From Escherichia phage vB_Eco_ZCEC15, in sequence record PQ871103.1: a stretch of 64,000 nt of DNA. One strand, written 5' to 3'. The translations under genes were made by a program, and so were the position numbers. Below are positions 17,117-27,881 of this stretch, in pieces. How positions within the stretch are numbered: the first letter of the stretch is position 1; the number at the start of each line of letters is the position of its first letter. The notes beneath the pieces are model-generated. The model saw nothing but the letters and a program-made list of their open reading frames with translations, was not told the DNA's origin and did no database searches.

Positions 17117-17767
17117 ATGGGGCTTCGGCCCCTATTCTCGAGGAAACAAGTGATTATTTCTAAGTTTGTTAAAGTGAAAATTGTACCATCAAATTTTAAA
17201 CATTATCAATCAAAGGGTTATAAATTAACACCTCTTGGAGCGGTTAAACATGGATTTAGGTATTATGAAATTGATGTTAAAGTTGAAGACATTAAAGGTA
17301 GTACCGCGTATGTAAAATGCCGTTGCGATAAATGTGGAATTGAATATAACCAACGCATTGGAAGAAACACTGATATTTGTCGTGATTGCCGTCATAAAGA
17401 TAAAATGCGCAATAATTCATATGGTTCCGCGAATAAAGGAAAAACAGTAGAATGTATGCATGGCGTAAATCATCCAAGATGGAACCCAAATAAATCTGAA
17501 ATGCGTGAATATATTTCATTGGTATATAAAGAAACTCGTAAGCATAAGAAAATTTGGTCAAAATGGCCAAATGCTGATAAAATAGGAGTGTGCGGTACAA
17601 AAGGTGCTTACCAACTTGATCATAAGGTATCTATCAAATACGGTTTTGATAATTTAATTCCTGCTGAAATAATTGGCGGTATTAATAATTTAGAAATAAT
17701 CACTTGGGAATCTAACCGAGAAAAATCAAAAAGAAATAGTGTAGATCTTTGGGATTTACTAGAATGA
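17117..17767 (+). CDS. free-standing HNH-family endonuclease (putative homing endonuclease) inserted between genes 18 and 19
   Basis: Cysteine cluster CRCDKCG...CRDCRH followed by QLDHKVSIKYGFDNL...INNLEIITWESNREKSKRN (His-Asn-Asn nuclease signature). Start ambiguous: TTG 17111 (track), ATG 17117, or GTG 17150 preceded by GAGGA. No counterpart recalled at this position in T4. Confidence 0.75.
   Translation: MGLRPLFSRKQVIISKFVKVKIVPSNFKHYQSKGYKLTPLGAVKHGFRYYEIDVKVEDIKGSTAYVKCRCDKCGIEYNQRIGRNTDICRDCRHKDKMRNNSYGSANKGKTVECMHGVNHPRWNPNKSEMREYISLVYKETRKHKKIWSKWPNADKIGVCGTKGAYQLDHKVSIKYGFDNLIPAEIIGGINNLEIITWESNREKSKRNSVDLWDLLE
17118..17131 (+). terminator. GGGGC-UUCG-GCCCC tetraloop hairpin after gene 18
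   Basis: Perfect 5-bp GC stem with UUCG loop immediately after gene 18 stop. Confidence 0.65.
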
Positions 17768-17774
17768 TTCTAAA

Positions 17775-17792
17775 GGCCTGTTTCGGCAGGCC
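17775..17792 (+). terminator. GGCCTG-TTTCGG-CAGGCC hairpin after HNH ORF
   Basis: 6-bp stem directly after HNH stop codon. Confidence 0.55.
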
Positions 17793-17793
17793 A

Positions 17794-17801
17794 TATAAAT
17801 A
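17794..17801 (+). promoter_or_regulatory. late promoter motif TATAAATA (first of two upstream of gene 19)
   Basis: Exact TATAAATA. Confidence 0.6.
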
Positions 17802-17852
17802 CACTATATCCTTAATTCTTTAATTCTATATGCCCTAGGTTAAACATAGGGA

Positions 17853-17860
17853 TATAAATA
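17853..17860 (+). promoter_or_regulatory. late promoter TATAAATA for gene 19
   Basis: Exact TATAAATA 15 nt upstream of gene 19 ATG. Confidence 0.75.
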
Positions 17861-17874
17861 CTACAGAGGCTAAT

Positions 17875-18366
17875 ATGTTTGTAGATGATGTAACACGCGC
17901 GTTTGAATCGGGTGATTTTGCGCGACCTAACTTATTCCAAGTAGAAATTTCTTATCTTGGACAAAATTTTACGTTTCAATGTAAAGCCACTGCTTTACCA
18001 GCTGGTATTGTAGAAAAAATCCCAGTCGGATTTATGAACCGTAAAATTAACGTAGCAGGCGATCGTACATTCGATGACTGGACTGTTACAGTAATGAACG
18101 ATGAAGCTCATGATGCTCGCCAGAAGTTCGTTGATTGGCAAAGCATTGCTGCGGGGCAAGGAAACGAAATTACTGGTGGAAAACCTGCAGAGTATAAAAA
18201 GAGCGCTATCGTTCGTCAATATGCTCGTGATGCTAAAACAGTAACAAAAGAAATTGAAATTAAAGGTCTGTGGCCTACTAACGTGGGTGAACTTCAATTA
18301 GATTGGGATTCAAACAATGAAATCCAAACATTTGAAGTAACTCTCGCTCTCGATTATTGGGAATAA
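17875..18366 (+). CDS. 19: tail tube protein gp19
   Basis: 163 aa, same length as T4 gp19; TATAAATA late promoter 15 nt upstream region. Confidence 0.93.
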   Translation: MFVDDVTRAFESGDFARPNLFQVEISYLGQNFTFQCKATALPAGIVEKIPVGFMNRKINVAGDRTFDDWTVTVMNDEAHDARQKFVDWQSIAAGQGNEITGGKPAEYKKSAIVRQYARDAKTVTKEIEIKGLWPTNVGELQLDWDSNNEIQTFEVTLALDYWE

Positions 18367-18373
18367 AATGAAT

Positions 18374-18387
18374 GGGGAGAAATCCCC
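18374..18387 (+). terminator. GGGGA-GAAA-TCCCC hairpin after gene 19
   Basis: 5-bp GC stem with GAAA loop after gene 19 stop. Confidence 0.55.
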
Positions 18388-18398
18388 ATCCTGCTTAA

Positions 18399-20023
<1,625 letters not shown>

Positions 20024-20024
<1 letters not shown>

Positions 20025-20263
20025 TGGAAGGTTTAATTGAAGCTATTAAATCAAACGACCTCGTAGCCGCTCGTAAATTATTTGCTGAAGCCATGGCTGC
20101 AAGAACGACTGATTTAATTAAAGAAGAAAAAATCGCTATCGCTCGTAATTTCTTAATCGAAGGTGAAGAACCTGATGACGAGGATGATGACGAAGACGAA
20201 GATAGTGATGATAAAGACGACAAAAAAGACAAAGACTCTGACGAAGACGAGGATGATGAATAA
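20024..20263 (+). CDS. 67: prohead core protein gp67 with polyacidic C-terminus
   Basis: 79 aa; ATGA-type overlap with gene 20; Asp/Glu-rich tail; synteny 20-67-68-21. Confidence 0.88.
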
Positions 20264-20688
20264 TGCTTCTGATCCCTGAAACTCATGAATTAGTTCTCGA
20301 GAATGTCGAAGCACTTATTCCTGAAGCACAGGGTCGCTTTGACGAATTGTCTTCTGCTTTAAATAAAGACGATATAAATACAATTGTCGAGAATATGCTT
20401 GATGATGAAACTGATTTAGCGGTTGCATTAGCTTCTATTAATGAAAATATGCCGTTAAATGAATTTATCGTTAAACATGTTTCTGCCCGTGGTGAAATTA
20501 CTCGCACTAAAGATCGCAAAACCCGCGAACGTAATGCATTTCAAACTACCGGGTTGTCTAAAGCAAAACGTAGACAAATTGCTCGTAAAGCTACCAAAAC
20601 GAAGATTGCCAATCCAGCAGGTCAATCTCGTGCTCAGCGTAAGCGTAAAAAAGCTCTTAAACGCCGTAAAGCATTAGGATTAAGCTAA
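20263..20688 (+). CDS. 68: prohead core protein gp68
   Basis: 141 aa, same as T4 gp68; basic C-terminus; synteny. Confidence 0.88.
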
Positions 20689-21326
20689 TGAATGAACCCC
20701 AATTACTAATTGAAACTTGGGGTCAACCTGGCGAAATTATTGATGGCGTACCAATGCTTGAATCTCATGATGGAAAAGACTTAGGTTTAAAACCGGGTTT
20801 ATACATCGAAGGAATATTCATGCAAGCGGAAGTCGTCAATAGAAATAAACGTCTTTATCCAAAACGTATATTAGAAAAAGCGGTAAAAGACTATATTAAT
20901 GAGCAAGTTTTAACTAAACAAGCTCTCGGAGAATTAAATCATCCTCCACGCGCTAATGTTGACCCGATGCAAGCCGCTATCATTATAGAAGATATGTGGT
21001 GGAAAGGAAATGACGTATACGGACGAGCTCGTGTTATTGAAGGTGACCACGGTCCTGGAGATAAATTAGCAGCTAATATTCGTGCCGGATGGATTCCAGG
21101 AGTTTCTTCTCGTGGATTAGGTTCATTGACTGACACAAATAAAGGTTATCGTATCGTAAACGAAGGATTCAAATTAACTGTAGGTGTTGATGCAGTATGG
21201 GGTCCAAGTGCTCCAGATGCATGGGTAACTCCTAAGGAAATTACCGAATCACAGACGGCGGAAGCCGATACAAGTGCCGATGACGCCTATATGGCTCTCG
21301 CAGAGGCCATGAAAAAAGCGTTATAA
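20688..21326 (+). CDS. 21: prohead core protease gp21
   Basis: 212 aa, same as T4 gp21; synteny. Confidence 0.93.
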   Translation: MNEPQLLIETWGQPGEIIDGVPMLESHDGKDLGLKPGLYIEGIFMQAEVVNRNKRLYPKRILEKAVKDYINEQVLTKQALGELNHPPRANVDPMQAAIIIEDMWWKGNDVYGRARVIEGDHGPGDKLAANIRAGWIPGVSSRGLGSLTDTNKGYRIVNEGFKLTVGVDAVWGPSAPDAWVTPKEITESQTAEADTSADDAYMALAEAMKKAL

Positions 21327-21329
21327 ATA
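21322..21329 (+). promoter_or_regulatory. late promoter TATAAATA for gene 22
   Basis: Exact TATAAATA overlapping gene 21 stop. Confidence 0.75.
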
Positions 21330-21356
21330 TTATTATCTAAACAACAGGACTACAAA

Positions 21357-22166
21357 ATGCTTAAAGAACAACTGATTGCTGAAGCGCAAAAAATTGATGC
21401 TTCCGTTGCTCTTGATAGTATTTTCGAATCAGTTAATATTTCTCCGGAAGCAAAAGAAACTTTCGGCGCTGTATTCGAAGCTACCGTCAAGCAGCACGCC
21501 GTTAAATTAGCTGAATCTCATATCGCTAAAATTGCTGAAAAAGCAGAAGAAGAAGTAGAAAAAAATAAAGAAGAAGCCGAAGAAAAAGCTGAGAAGAAAA
21601 TCGCTGAGCAAGCTTCTAAATTCATCGACCATCTTGCGAAAGAATGGCTCGCTGAAAATAAATTAGCAGTTGATAAAGGCATCAAAGCCGAACTGTTTGA
21701 ATCCATGCTTGGTGGATTAAAAGAGCTCTTTGTTGAACACAACGTTGTTGTTCCAGAAGAATCAGTTGATGTTGTAGCTGAAATGGAAGAAGAGCTGCAA
21801 GAACATAAAGAAGAATCAGCTCGTCTGTTCGAAGAACTCAATAAGCGTGACGCATATATCAATTATGTGCAGCGTGAAGTGGCATTGAGCGAAAGTACTA
21901 AAGATCTGACTGAGTCTCAAAAAGAAAAAGTCTCTGCTCTGGTCGAAGGTATGGATTATTCAGATGCATTCTCAAGTAAATTGAGTGCCATCGTAGAAAT
22001 GGTGAAGAAGTCTAATAAAGATGAAAGCACTATTACTGAGGGTATAAATACTCCTGATACTGAAGCAGCCGGACTGAATTTCGTCACTGAAGCTGTAGAA
22101 GATAAAACTGCACCTGGTGCAGAAGATATTGTAAGTGTATATGCGAAAGTCGCATCTCGTTTCTAA
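21357..22166 (+). CDS. 22: prohead core scaffold protein gp22
   Basis: 269 aa, same as T4 gp22; highly charged Glu/Lys-rich helical sequence; late promoter upstream. Confidence 0.93.
   Translation: MLKEQLIAEAQKIDASVALDSIFESVNISPEAKETFGAVFEATVKQHAVKLAESHIAKIAEKAEEEVEKNKEEAEEKAEKKIAEQASKFIDHLAKEWLAENKLAVDKGIKAELFESMLGGLKELFVEHNVVVPEESVDVVAEMEEELQEHKEESARLFEELNKRDAYINYVQREVALSESTKDLTESQKEKVSALVEGMDYSDAFSSKLSAIVEMVKKSNKDESTITEGINTPDTEAAGLNFVTEAVEDKTAPGAEDIVSVYAKVASRF
22043..22050 (+). promoter_or_regulatory. late promoter TATAAATA inside gene 22 coding region, serving gene 23 (P23)
   Basis: Exact TATAAATA about 135 nt upstream of gene 23 ATG; no TATAAATA in the 22-23 intergenic spacer. Confidence 0.7.
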
Positions 22167-22184
22167 TTTTAAAGGTTAACACAA

Positions 22185-23750
22185 ATGACTATCAAAACTA
22201 AAGCTGAACTTTTGAACAAATGGAAGCCATTACTGGAAGGTGAAGGTTTACCGGAAATTGCTAATAGCAAACAAGCGATTATCGCTAAAATCTTTGAAAA
22301 CCAGGAAAAAGATTTCCAGACAGCTCCAGAATACAAAGACGAAAAAATCGCTCAGGCGTTCGGTTCTTTCTTAACAGAAGCTGAAATCGGTGGTGACCAC
22401 GGTTACAACGCTACTAACATCGCTGCTGGTCAGACTTCTGGCGCAGTAACTCAGATTGGCCCAGCTGTTATGGGTATGGTACGTCGTGCTATTCCTAACC
22501 TGATTGCTTTCGATATTTGCGGTGTTCAGCCGATGAATAGCCCGACTGGCCAGGTATTCGCACTGCGTGCAGTATATGGTAAAGACCCAATCGCTGCTGA
22601 TGCTAAAGAAGCATTCCACCCAATGTATGGTCCAGATGCAATGTTCTCTGGTCAGGGTGCTGCTAAGAAATTCACTGCTTTAACTGCTGGCGCTACTACT
22701 GTCAAAGGTGACATCTATACTTATTTCTTCCAGGAAACTGGTACTGTATATCTGCAGGCTTCCTCTGCAGTAAAAATTAGTTCAAGTGCTGTTGATGCAG
22801 CTAAATTAGATGCTGAAATTAAGAAACAAATGGAAGCTGGTGTACTGGTAGAAATCGCTGAAGGTATGGCTACTTCTATCGCTGAACTTCAGGAAGGTTT
22901 CAACGGTTCTACCGATAACCCATGGAATGAAATGGGCTTCCGTATCGATAAACAAGTTATCGAAGCTAAATCTCGTCAGCTGAAAGCTGCTTACTCTATC
23001 GAATTAGCACAAGACCTCCGCGCTGTTCACGGTATGGATGCTGATGCTGAACTGTCTGGTATTCTGGCTACCGAAATCATGCTGGAAATCAACCGCGAAG
23101 TTGTTGATTGGATTAACTACTCAGCTCAGGTTGGTAAATCTGGTATGACCCTGACTCCGGGTTCTAAAGCTGGTGTATTTGACTTCCAGGATCCGATTGA
23201 TATTCGTGGTGCTCGCTGGGCGGGTGAATCCTTTAAAGCTCTGTTGTTCCAGATTGACAAAGAAGCAGTTGAAATTGCTCGTCAGACCGGTCGTGGTGAA
23301 GGTAACTTCATTATCGCTTCCCGTAACGTAGTTAACGTTCTGGCTTCAGTTGATACTGGCATTTCTTATGCTGCACAGGGTCTGGCTACCGGCTTTAACA
23401 CTGATACTACCAAGTCAGTATTTGCTGGTGTTCTGGGTGGTAAATACCGTGTATATATCGACCAGTATGCTAAACAGGATTATTTCACTGTAGGTTATAA
23501 AGGTCCGAACGAAATGGATGCTGGTATTTACTACGCTCCATATGTAGCTCTGACTCCGCTGCGTGGTTCCGATCCGAAGAACTTCCAACCGGTAATGGGA
23601 TTCAAAACTCGTTACGGTATCGGTATCAACCCATTTGCAGAATCCGCTGCTCAGGCTCCGGCTTCTCGCATCCAGAGCGGTATGCCTTCTATTCTGAATA
23701 GCCTTGGTAAAAATGCTTACTTCCGCCGTGTATATGTTAAAGGTATCTAA
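22185..23750 (+). CDS. 23: major capsid protein gp23
   Basis: 521 aa, same as T4 gp23; codon usage shifted to highly expressed pattern; synteny. Confidence 0.96.
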   Translation: MTIKTKAELLNKWKPLLEGEGLPEIANSKQAIIAKIFENQEKDFQTAPEYKDEKIAQAFGSFLTEAEIGGDHGYNATNIAAGQTSGAVTQIGPAVMGMVRRAIPNLIAFDICGVQPMNSPTGQVFALRAVYGKDPIAADAKEAFHPMYGPDAMFSGQGAAKKFTALTAGATTVKGDIYTYFFQETGTVYLQASSAVKISSSAVDAAKLDAEIKKQMEAGVLVEIAEGMATSIAELQEGFNGSTDNPWNEMGFRIDKQVIEAKSRQLKAAYSIELAQDLRAVHGMDADAELSGILATEIMLEINREVVDWINYSAQVGKSGMTLTPGSKAGVFDFQDPIDIRGARWAGESFKALLFQIDKEAVEIARQTGRGEGNFIIASRNVVNVLASVDTGISYAAQGLATGFNTDTTKSVFAGVLGGKYRVYIDQYAKQDYFTVGYKGPNEMDAGIYYAPYVALTPLRGSDPKNFQPVMGFKTRYGIGINPFAESAAQAPASRIQSGMPSILNSLGKNAYFRRVYVKGI

Positions 23751-23764
23751 TCTTTGACGATTTA

Positions 23765-23782
23765 AGGGACCTTCGGGTCCCT
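23765..23782 (+). terminator. AGGGACC-UUCG-GGUCCCU hairpin after gene 23
   Basis: 7-bp stem, UUCG tetraloop, followed by TTAGTTGTTTTTAT. Confidence 0.75.
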
Positions 23783-23798
23783 TTAGTTGTTTTTATGG

Positions 23799-23806
23799 TA
23801 TAAATA
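23799..23806 (+). promoter_or_regulatory. late promoter TATAAATA for gene 24
   Basis: Exact TATAAATA 28 nt upstream of gene 24 ATG. Confidence 0.75.
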
Positions 23807-23833
23807 AATCATATAAACCAAAAGGAAAGCGCA

Positions 23834-25117
23834 ATGGCTAAAATCAACGAACTTCTGCGCGAATCAACCACAACGAATAGCAACTCAATCGGTCGCCCAA
23901 ATCTCGTTGCTTTGACTCGCGCTACCACTAAATTAATATATTCTGACATTGTAGCAACGCAAAGAACTAATCAACCTGTTGCTGCTTTTTATGGTATCAA
24001 ATACCTTAACCCGGATAACGAATTTACATTTAAAACTGGTGCTACTTATGCTGGCGAAGCTGGGTATGTAGACCGAGAACAAATCACAGAATTAACAGAA
24101 GAGTCTAAATTAACTCTCAATAAAGGCGATTTATTCAAATATAATAATATCGTTTATAAAGTATTAGAAGATACACCATTTGCTGATATTGAAGAAAGCG
24201 ATTTAGAATTAGCTCTTCAGATTGCAATTGTTCTTTTAAAGGTTCGTCTATTTTCTGATGCTGCAGTAACAAGCAAATTTGAAAGCTCTGATAGTGAAAT
24301 TGCGGATGCTAGATTCCAGATTAATAAATGGCAAACCGCAGTTAAATCTCGTAAACTTAAAACTGGCATCACAGTCGAATTAGCACAAGATTTAGAAGCA
24401 AATGGATTCGATGCTCCTAATTTCTTGGAAGATTTGCTTGCAACTGAAATGGCGGATGAAATCAATAAAGATATTCTACAGTCTTTGATTACAGTATCAA
24501 AACGCTATAAAGTTACAGGAATTACTGATACTGGATTCATTGATTTGAGTTATGCATCTGCACCTGAAGCTGGTCGTTCATTATACCGAATGGTGTGTGA
24601 AATGGTTTCACATATCCAGAAAGAATCAACTTATACAGCAACGTTCTGTGTTGCTTCAGCTCGTGCCGCTGCGATTCTTGCTGCATCAGGTTGGTTAAAA
24701 CATAAACCAGAAGATGACAAATATCTTTCACAAAATGCCTACGGGTTCTTAGCTAATGGTTTACCGCTTTATTGCGATACCAACAGTCCATTAGATTATG
24801 TAATCGTTGGCGTAGTAGAAAATATTGGTGAAAAAGAAATTGTTGGATCAATTTTCTATGCTCCGTATACAGAAGGTCTTGACTTAGATGACCCTGAACA
24901 TGTAGGTGCATTTAAAGTTGTAGTTGATCCAGAAAGTTTGCAGCCATCTATCGGTTTATTAGTTAGATATGCTTTATCTGCAAATCCTTACACTGTAGCA
25001 AAAGATGAAAAAGAAGCAAGAGTAATTGATGGTGGAGATATGGATAAAATGGCGGGTCGTTCAGATTTGTCTGTTTTATTAGGTGTTAAGCTACCAAAAA
25101 TTATCATTGATGAATAA
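23834..25117 (+). CDS. 24: capsid vertex protein gp24
   Basis: 427 aa, same as T4 gp24; late promoter TATAAATA upstream; paralogous to gp23 core fold region. Confidence 0.94.
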   Translation: MAKINELLRESTTTNSNSIGRPNLVALTRATTKLIYSDIVATQRTNQPVAAFYGIKYLNPDNEFTFKTGATYAGEAGYVDREQITELTEESKLTLNKGDLFKYNNIVYKVLEDTPFADIEESDLELALQIAIVLLKVRLFSDAAVTSKFESSDSEIADARFQINKWQTAVKSRKLKTGITVELAQDLEANGFDAPNFLEDLLATEMADEINKDILQSLITVSKRYKVTGITDTGFIDLSYASAPEAGRSLYRMVCEMVSHIQKESTYTATFCVASARAAAILAASGWLKHKPEDDKYLSQNAYGFLANGLPLYCDTNSPLDYVIVGVVENIGEKEIVGSIFYAPYTEGLDLDDPEHVGAFKVVVDPESLQPSIGLLVRYALSANPYTVAKDEKEARVIDGGDMDKMAGRSDLSVLLGVKLPKIIIDE

Positions 25118-25122
25118 AACAA

Positions 25123-25145
25123 AGGGACCGAAAGGTCCCTTTTTA
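25123..25145. terminator. bidirectional terminator between gene 24 (+) and rnlB (-)
   Basis: AGGGACC-GAAA-GGTCCCT hairpin flanked by A-run upstream and TTTTTATTT downstream. Confidence 0.8.
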
Positions 25146-25146
25146 T

Positions 25147-26151
25147 TTAACTTACCAATTCAATCCAAGCCGGACGAAGTACATCTTGTACCATTTTAAC
25201 TAATTCCTTCTTAATCAAAGAAGGATTATCCGCTTGAGTTAGAGTAATACCTTCACGAGAAGTTTCTTCCAAAATATCTTGAACAGTTAGCCCCATCACC
25301 TTTCCAAAATCTTTTGGACCAATTTCACCAATTTTAGAAATAACGTTATTTACTCGGTTCAGTGTAACGTAACAAGCTAAAATTCCAACCAATTTGTTAT
25401 CAGCTTCTGACAGTTCAACTTTAGCTTTAATAGGCTTATCAGACTTTTTCTTTTCACTAAATTTAGAGTTCTTGCATTTGATAGCTACGCGATTGCCATT
25501 AGGCATCCAAGAAGGATAACAAGGTTTCAATACATATCCTTCAGCGGTAAATACTTCGCCTTTTACTTCAGCATTCCAAACGCATTTATTTGCATCAACT
25601 AATCCAGCATGGTCTACCGTAAAATTATAATCCTGGACGACAGAATCTAAATCATTTGGCAATTTAATAAGTTCTTCAAATTTACCGCGACCTAAAAGTG
25701 GAGCCATTTTAAATTTAAATGTATTACAGAATGATTCCATCATATAATCATCGACATAAGTCACATCACCACTTTCTGTAGTAACAATAATGTCAAATAC
25801 ATAAAAATCTTTATCGCCATAATCGACATTCTTCTGAATGCCAGGTCCGGCAAATTCACCGAAGACTTGATAAGATACAACCGCTGAAGTTTCCATAATA
25901 TCTTGTACTGCTTTAATGGAATCAGCGTAATTCTTCAAAATAATTTCATACCCAAAGAAATCTTCAGCAGGAAGAATAGGACCAGTTCGTTTAGCACAAG
26001 TTACTTTATCACGCTCAATAATCAATGAGAAATTTGTGCCATGAATCTTTTCACGAGCTACCCATTCGCCACCAGTCAATCCTAAACTATAAAGTTTTTC
26101 AATGAATTTAGAATTGTAATGATTTTCAAGACTGCTATACTTTTTAAACAT
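25147..26151 (-). CDS. rnlB: RNA ligase 2
   Basis: 334 aa; N-terminal nucleotidyltransferase motif EKIHGTN (lysine adenylation motif I); same length as T4 Rnl2. Confidence 0.93.
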   Translation of the reverse strand: MFKKYSSLENHYNSKFIEKLYSLGLTGGEWVAREKIHGTNFSLIIERDKVTCAKRTGPILPAEDFFGYEIILKNYADSIKAVQDIMETSAVVSYQVFGEFAGPGIQKNVDYGDKDFYVFDIIVTTESGDVTYVDDYMMESFCNTFKFKMAPLLGRGKFEELIKLPNDLDSVVQDYNFTVDHAGLVDANKCVWNAEVKGEVFTAEGYVLKPCYPSWMPNGNRVAIKCKNSKFSEKKKSDKPIKAKVELSEADNKLVGILACYVTLNRVNNVISKIGEIGPKDFGKVMGLTVQDILEETSREGITLTQADNPSLIKKELVKMVQDVLRPAWIELVS

Positions 26152-26160
26152 AATTAATCC

Positions 26161-26439
26161 TCAAAATGTAATTTCTAACCAATCACCATCACGCTGATCA
26201 CTATTGACTTTAAAGCTAAACCCTTCTTTTCTCAGCCAATCACCAATTTCTTCAGTAATCAATTTATCGCGAGCAGTACAATAATAACTAAAATATGTTT
26301 TACCTTGTTCAGCTGCTTTATTAGCAAGTTCCGAAAAATCTTTAATAAAACACTCTAACTTAAACTGTTTACTTTTAAGTGCTTTTTCACGTAATTGATT
26401 AGCAAAAGATTCATTTTCATAAAGATCATACTGTTCCAT
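26161..26439 (-). CDS. hypothetical protein (position of T4 24.2)
   Basis: 92 aa ORF co-oriented with rnlB; synteny only. Confidence 0.6.
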   Translation of the reverse strand: MEQYDLYENESFANQLREKALKSKQFKLECFIKDFSELANKAAEQGKTYFSYYCTARDKLITEEIGDWLRKEGFSFKVNSDQRDGDWLEITF

Positions 26440-26442
26440 TTT

Positions 26443-26640
26443 TCACCTTTTATTAATATGTCTTTTTCTATAGACAACTTTTTCTCGAGTTTCAAATTTA
26501 TTCTTAGCAGTCATAGCTCGAGCCCATAATACAGCCACTTCTTTCGCCTGTAAGTTTAATTCACGAGCAATTTCAATGAATGACTTTCCAGACTCATGAA
26601 GAGTAAACACCACAACCTCAGTTCTCATAATCAATCTCAT
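26443..26640 (-). CDS. hypothetical small protein (position of T4 24.3)
   Basis: 65 aa ORF; basic C-terminus; synteny only. Confidence 0.55.
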   Translation of the reverse strand: MRLIMRTEVVVFTLHESGKSFIEIARELNLQAKEVAVLWARAMTAKNKFETREKVVYRKRHINKR

Positions 26641-26708
26641 GTTATCGAGTTGATGCCATTATATACATCATTTTCTGAGTATGTTTTGTGTGCTTTCAAA
26701 ATGAAGAA

Positions 26709-26724
26709 AGGGGCCGAAGCCCCT
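26709..26724 (-). terminator. AGGGGC-UUCG-GCCCCU hairpin downstream of hoc
   Basis: Plus strand aggggccgaagcccct; on the minus-strand transcript the loop is UUCG and is followed by a U-rich tract. Confidence 0.65.
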
Positions 26725-26735
26725 TATGATTATGA

Positions 26736-27872
26736 TTATGGATAGGTATAGATGATACCAGTTTCTAAAGCAGTTTTATGAATGATGTATCCATTACGTG
26801 ATTCTTGAACATCAACTTCTGGATAGTCTTTCATCATCTTTTGAAGAGTGTAACGATGCAGATAGTATTTACTGTCTGGATCTTCAGTTTTCCAATCTTT
26901 ACCTTCTTCGGTCATTTTTTGGATTTCATCCATAACCCACCAACCGCACCAGATATAAGCTGAAGTACGATGTGGAAGAGGATGAACATAAGGCAATTCA
27001 CCTTCTGGTTCCGGAGCAACTTTATCAGTTACCTGAACTTGGCCTGTTGCTTTAACTGTTTTACTATCATAGTCGGTTGCTGTAACGACAGCAGTAACTT
27101 CAATAGTTTGACTTCCAATAGATGAGGTGTCAACGGTGTATACGTTAGTTGACCCTTCTACAAGAGAAGAATCTTTCTTCCATGAATAAGTAATTTGTGC
27201 TGCTTCAGGTGCTCCAGTAACATTAGCCGTAAATGTAGCCGAAGCATCTTGCTGAACGTTAATAGAAGGAGGAGTCAATGTAACCTGTGGATTCATTGTC
27301 TTCTTATTAACTGTCAATGATACTTCATTAGAAGTAACTTCCTTTTCATTGTAATTTTCAGCCGTTACTTGGGCTACACACTTAACTGTTTTAGCTCCAA
27401 CTGTGGTAGGAGTATAGTTAAATGTAGCAGAAGTCGCTTCACCAATTTGAGAATCATCTACATACCACTGATACGTAGCGTTTGCACCTGATGGCTGTGA
27501 AGCTAAGGCAGCGGTAAATTCAATTGGAGTTCCAATCACTCCAGCATCAGGGCTACCAGGAGTTACAGCTAAAGTAGTTGTTTGTGTCTTATTTTGAACT
27601 GTGATAGTTGTCGTAGTTTCTGCTGTTTCAGGTTCAGCTTCAGATTCTGGAACTGTATTTGTTGCAACTACTTTAATAGTCTTTTGACCTGCAGGTCCTT
27701 TTAGTACATAGCTAAAAGTTGCTTCAGCTCCATCCTGTGGAACATTATCTACACTCCAAGCATAGGTAATAGTTCCACCTTCAGTTTGACCACTGGGTGT
27801 AGCAGTAAACTGCTTGGTTTCATCAATAACTCCTGTTGGGGTTTTAGGAGTTATATCAACTGTAAAAGTCAT
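26736..27872 (-). CDS. hoc: highly immunogenic outer capsid protein Hoc (Ig-like domains)
   Basis: 378 aa; repetitive Thr/Val-rich beta-strand pattern typical of tandem Ig-like domains; T4 Hoc about 376 aa; synteny. Confidence 0.9.
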   Translation of the reverse strand: MTFTVDITPKTPTGVIDETKQFTATPSGQTEGGTITYAWSVDNVPQDGAEATFSYVLKGPAGQKTIKVVATNTVPESEAEPETAETTTTITVQNKTQTTTLAVTPGSPDAGVIGTPIEFTAALASQPSGANATYQWYVDDSQIGEATSATFNYTPTTVGAKTVKCVAQVTAENYNEKEVTSNEVSLTVNKKTMNPQVTLTPPSINVQQDASATFTANVTGAPEAAQITYSWKKDSSLVEGSTNVYTVDTSSIGSQTIEVTAVVTATDYDSKTVKATGQVQVTDKVAPEPEGELPYVHPLPHRTSAYIWCGWWVMDEIQKMTEEGKDWKTEDPDSKYYLHRYTLQKMMKDYPEVDVQESRNGYIIHKTALETGIIYTYP

Positions 27873-27881
27873 AAGTTATCC

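Noticed and set aside
21518-21862. Minus-strand Ser-rich 114-aa ORF
   Set aside because: Antisense shadow of the Glu/Lys-rich gene 22 coding region.
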